From: a virus
Lineage: Duplodnaviria > Heunggongvirae > Uroviricota > Caudoviricetes
DNA: 8,644 bases
IMG/VR virus record: IMGVR_UViG_2740892233_000014
Strand: one strand, 5' to 3'
Under the pieces are notes generated by a model, which did not search any database, was not told the DNA's origin, and worked only from the letters and a program-made list of their open reading frames with translations. Shown here in pieces: positions 6,397-8,644 of the stretch. Position 1 is the first letter of the stretch. Each line of letters opens with the position of its first letter. The position numbers were made by a program, and so were the translations under genes.

Positions 6397-7309
6397 TTTT
6401 ATTCGTCCCGTTCAGCATTTCTTCTTTTATCATATCAAAAACAGGGTTTGTTGTATAATTATCGTTTGTCAATCCATTGACTTTATCGGCAATTATATCG
6501 AAATCGTATGTTTCAAAAAAAACAGGGCAGTTCATAAAATCAATGGTTTTTTCTATTCCTGCATGGTTTACTGCAATAACCTGTGCTTTAGCAACTCCAC
6601 TCATAGAATTATAAATATTTGAAAGATTCTGAGATAGTTGTTGCACTTTTGTTCTGTCGCTAGAATTAAAATTCATATCTATTGTGGTGGTGTTAACAAA
6701 TTGTTCAAGCGCAGTCATTGGTCCACCTTTAAAATCTATATAATTAAATTTAAAGCTTGTGCTTTTAATCTCTTTGAATTGACATAAAACACTCTGAATG
6801 TTGTTTTTATTTGTCATAAGGCTGAAAGTCAGTCTTTCTTTGTATTTTTTATTTATTGCAGTTACTTCTTTTTGTTTTGGTTTATCACCAAGTTTTTTTA
6901 TTTCTTCTTTATTTTGATTTCTGATAAATTCATTACTTATTGTTTCTAAATGAGAAAAGAGAGTGTTCAGACTGCATGAACCGTGGTGATACATATAGAG
7001 ACCAGAAAGATTAGATTTTTTAATTAAGAAAAAGTTGAAATTAGCAAGTTTGTCACTTCCTTGAAGATCTTCAATTTTAAGCTGGAATTTACCATCAACA
7101 AATTGCGACTTACAGTTCTTTTTTTGGTTTCTGAATGTGACAACTAATCCATAATAGAAATCATTCACATCCGAAATGAGAATTTTACGAGTATAGTCTG
7201 TGCGACTGTGTTCTCTGTTTGATGCGTTGATAAAAGCATTCATTACGTCAACGGTATTAATATTTTTGTTATTGTTATTTATTGTAAATCCTATGCTTCT
7301 AACTTTCAT
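6383..7309 (-). CDS. hypothetical protein, no recognisable family (Asn/Lys-rich, soluble)
   Basis: 308-aa uninterrupted ORF in strongly AT-rich DNA; ATG at 7309 (complement). No transmembrane segment and no motif I can assign (no obvious nucleotidyltransferase, P-loop or HNH signature). Confidence 0.7.
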   Translation of the reverse strand: MKVRSIGFTINNNNKNINTVDVMNAFINASNREHSRTDYTRKILISDVNDFYYGLVVTFRNQKKNCKSQFVDGKFQLKIEDLQGSDKLANFNFFLIKKSNLSGLYMYHHGSCSLNTLFSHLETISNEFIRNQNKEEIKKLGDKPKQKEVTAINKKYKERLTFSLMTNKNNIQSVLCQFKEIKSTSFKFNYIDFKGGPMTALEQFVNTTTIDMNFNSSDRTKVQQLSQNLSNIYNSMSGVAKAQVIAVNHAGIEKTIDFMNCPVFFETYDFDIIADKVNGLTNDNYTTNPVFDMIKEEMLNGTNKNAFI

Positions 7310-7427
7310 GTGTATTCCAGGACCGACTAAAGATAGCGAGAATGGGGACGCATAGTTTATAAAAATCCTAACGCGTACGCAAAAAGTATTATATCGTGTT
7401 AAGAGTGGTTACTTCGCCACACAACTT

Positions 7428-7452
7428 AAACCCGCCGCTGAGCGGTTTTTTT
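7428..7452 (+). terminator. tR'-like intrinsic terminator (weaker stem)
   Basis: AAACCCGCCGCTGAGCGG followed by a 7-T run; homologous in position and sequence to the hairpins at 5344-5366 and 8384-8406. Confidence 0.45.
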
Positions 7453-7616
7453 GTACCTGTAAACCTTGTGCAGTACAGTAAACACGCTGGTGGTCGTGAA
7501 TACTGGCTTTTTATCTTGCTGGCTTTTTAGACAAGAGTTATTGGTATGTCATGTTAACCGGAAAAAGGAAAGTTTGAGAAACGCGATCTGGCACAGGCGG
7601 TTATTAATGCTGCCTA

Positions 7617-7626
7617 NNNNNNNNNN
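7617..7626. other. assembly gap (N10)
   Basis: Run of 10 N; the preceding 60 bp is identical to 8509-8568. Confidence 0.9.
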
Positions 7627-7645
7627 TTCTGCGTTCCTTGGGAAA

Positions 7646-8302
7646 ATGGGCATTAGTATGAATGACAGAGAGCGGGCAACAGAATTGCTGACAGAATATG
7701 CACTCAGTCGGTGTGATCGCGTGGCGGCGTTAAGAAAACTCCCGGCAGAAATAAAACCGGCAGTGATGCGTATTATGGCTTCGTATGCGTTTGAAGATTA
7801 TGCCCGTAGCGCGGCGAGCAAAAAACAGTGCCCCTGTTGTCACGGAAAAAAATTTATTGAAAGCGAGGTTTTTACAAACAAGATCCAGTATCCGGATGGT
7901 AAGCCGCCAGTGTGGGCAAAGTGCACAAAAGGCGTGTATCCGTCTTACTGGGAGGAATGGAAAAAAGTCAGGGAGGTGGTAAAAGTTGCCTGTCCGGAGT
8001 GTGGAGGGAAGGGGGAGGTTTCCACCGCCTGTAAAGATTGTCGTGGGCGCGGTGTTGCCATTCATCGTGAAGAGTCGGTAAAACGTGGTATGCCTGTTAT
8101 CAGAGACTGCCAGCGTTGTGGTGGTCGTGGCTATGAAAGATTACCTTCAACGGAGGCATTTAATGCCATATGTAATGTAACCGATGCCATATCTCTTGAT
8201 ACATGGAAAAAAACAGTTAAACGTTTTTACGATACGCTGGTGGTGCAGTTTGATATTGAAGAAGCATGGGCAGAACAACAACTGAAAAAGGTGACCAGAT
8301 AG
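7646..8302 (+). CDS. Q: lambda-type antitermination protein Q (copy 2, divergent paralog)
   Basis: In-frame ATG at 7646 (alternative 7658). C-terminus TVKRFYDTLVVQFDIEEAWAEQQLKKVTR parallels lambda Q (TVKPLYDALVVQ...AVTR, from memory); Cys-rich zinc-binding region shares GKGEVSTAC with copy 1. The ORF-track extension back to 7466 crosses an N10 gap and is not credible. Confidence 0.75.
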   Translation: MGISMNDRERATELLTEYALSRCDRVAALRKLPAEIKPAVMRIMASYAFEDYARSAASKKQCPCCHGKKFIESEVFTNKIQYPDGKPPVWAKCTKGVYPSYWEEWKKVREVVKVACPECGGKGEVSTACKDCRGRGVAIHREESVKRGMPVIRDCQRCGGRGYERLPSTEAFNAICNVTDAISLDTWKKTVKRFYDTLVVQFDIEEAWAEQQLKKVTR

Positions 8303-8307
8303 CTTTG

Positions 8308-8350
8308 TTGATTTTTCCCGAATCTGTGGTAAATTTGCCCTAACGATGGG
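8308..8350 (+). promoter_or_regulatory. pR'-like late promoter with pause / Q-utilisation element
   Basis: TTGATT (8308-8313), 16-bp spacer, TAAATT (8330-8335), 6 nt, AACGATGGG (8342-8350); near-identical layout to lambda pR'. Confidence 0.65.
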
Positions 8351-8383
8351 CGTTTTATGCCTGACGTTAGAAGATTTTTTACA

Positions 8384-8406
8384 CCCGTCGCCAGGCGGGT
8401 TTTTTT
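8384..8406 (+). terminator. intrinsic terminator (tR'-like)
   Basis: CCCG...CGGG GC-rich stem followed by a 7-T run, about 40-60 nt after the inferred start site. Confidence 0.55.
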
Positions 8407-8644
8407 ATGACTGAAATCACGCCAGTACAGTAAACGCGCTGGTGGTTGTGAATACCGGTCTTTCAGCTTGCTGGCTTTTTCGACAAGAGTTATTGGTGTG
8501 TCACGTTAACCGGAAAAAGGAAAGTTTGAGAAACGCGATCTGGCACAGGCGGTTATTAATGCTGCCTACCTGGTGGCCTGTGCAGATGGTGAATGTGAGG
8601 CTTCCTAGAAAGCGAAGATCGAACAGGTACTGCGTAATCAGCCT

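Noticed and set aside
5836-7430. Inverted or direct repeats flanking the AT-rich island that would indicate a transposon or IS-mediated insertion
   Set aside because: No terminal inverted repeats or target-site duplications visible at the boundaries; only the GC hairpin at the left junction and the tR'-like hairpin at the right.
7466-7645. 5' extension of Q copy 2 back to 7466 (ORF 7466..8302)
   Set aside because: The extension crosses the N10 gap at 7617-7626 and lies in a non-coding repeat that also occurs downstream of the Q terminator; the true start is ATG 7646 or 7658.
5300-8644. tRNA genes or Shiga-toxin genes downstream of Q, as in Stx phages
   Set aside because: I looked for tRNA-like cloverleaf ends and for coding sequence after the tR' terminators and found neither within the window; the only insert between Q and the terminator is the AT-rich cassette.
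1-8644. Canonical LexA/SOS box (CTGT-N8-ACAG) that the LexA-domain paralog might bind
   Set aside because: Scanning CTGT occurrences by eye, none is followed by ACAG at the correct spacing.

Overview
This window is the nin / Q / late-promoter region of lambdoid prophage(s) from an enterobacterium (E. coli-like), but it is a stitched scaffold: eight N10 gaps have duplicated, slightly divergent flanks, so adjacency across gaps is unproven. On the + strand it carries a translationally coupled block (PerC-like regulator, phage Dam N6-adenine methyltransferase, a LexA DNA-binding-domain-only paralog, RusA resolvase), then a KilA-N/antirepressor-like gene, a DUF968 (HNH-like Cys/His) gene and three Q antiterminator genes. 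Two Q genes are lambda-type, each followed by a pR'-like promoter with the AACGATGGG pause element and a tR'-like terminator; the third is phage-82/QuuD-type. Directly after the 82-type Q lies a ~1.5 kb strongly AT-rich island encoding, on the minus strand, an overlapping two-gene cassette: a 308-aa soluble protein I cannot place in any family, followed by a 182-aa four-helix membrane protein. This cassette is the best candidate for an undescribed moron or defence-type system. All family assignments are from reading the translations and recalled motifs; no database search was run.
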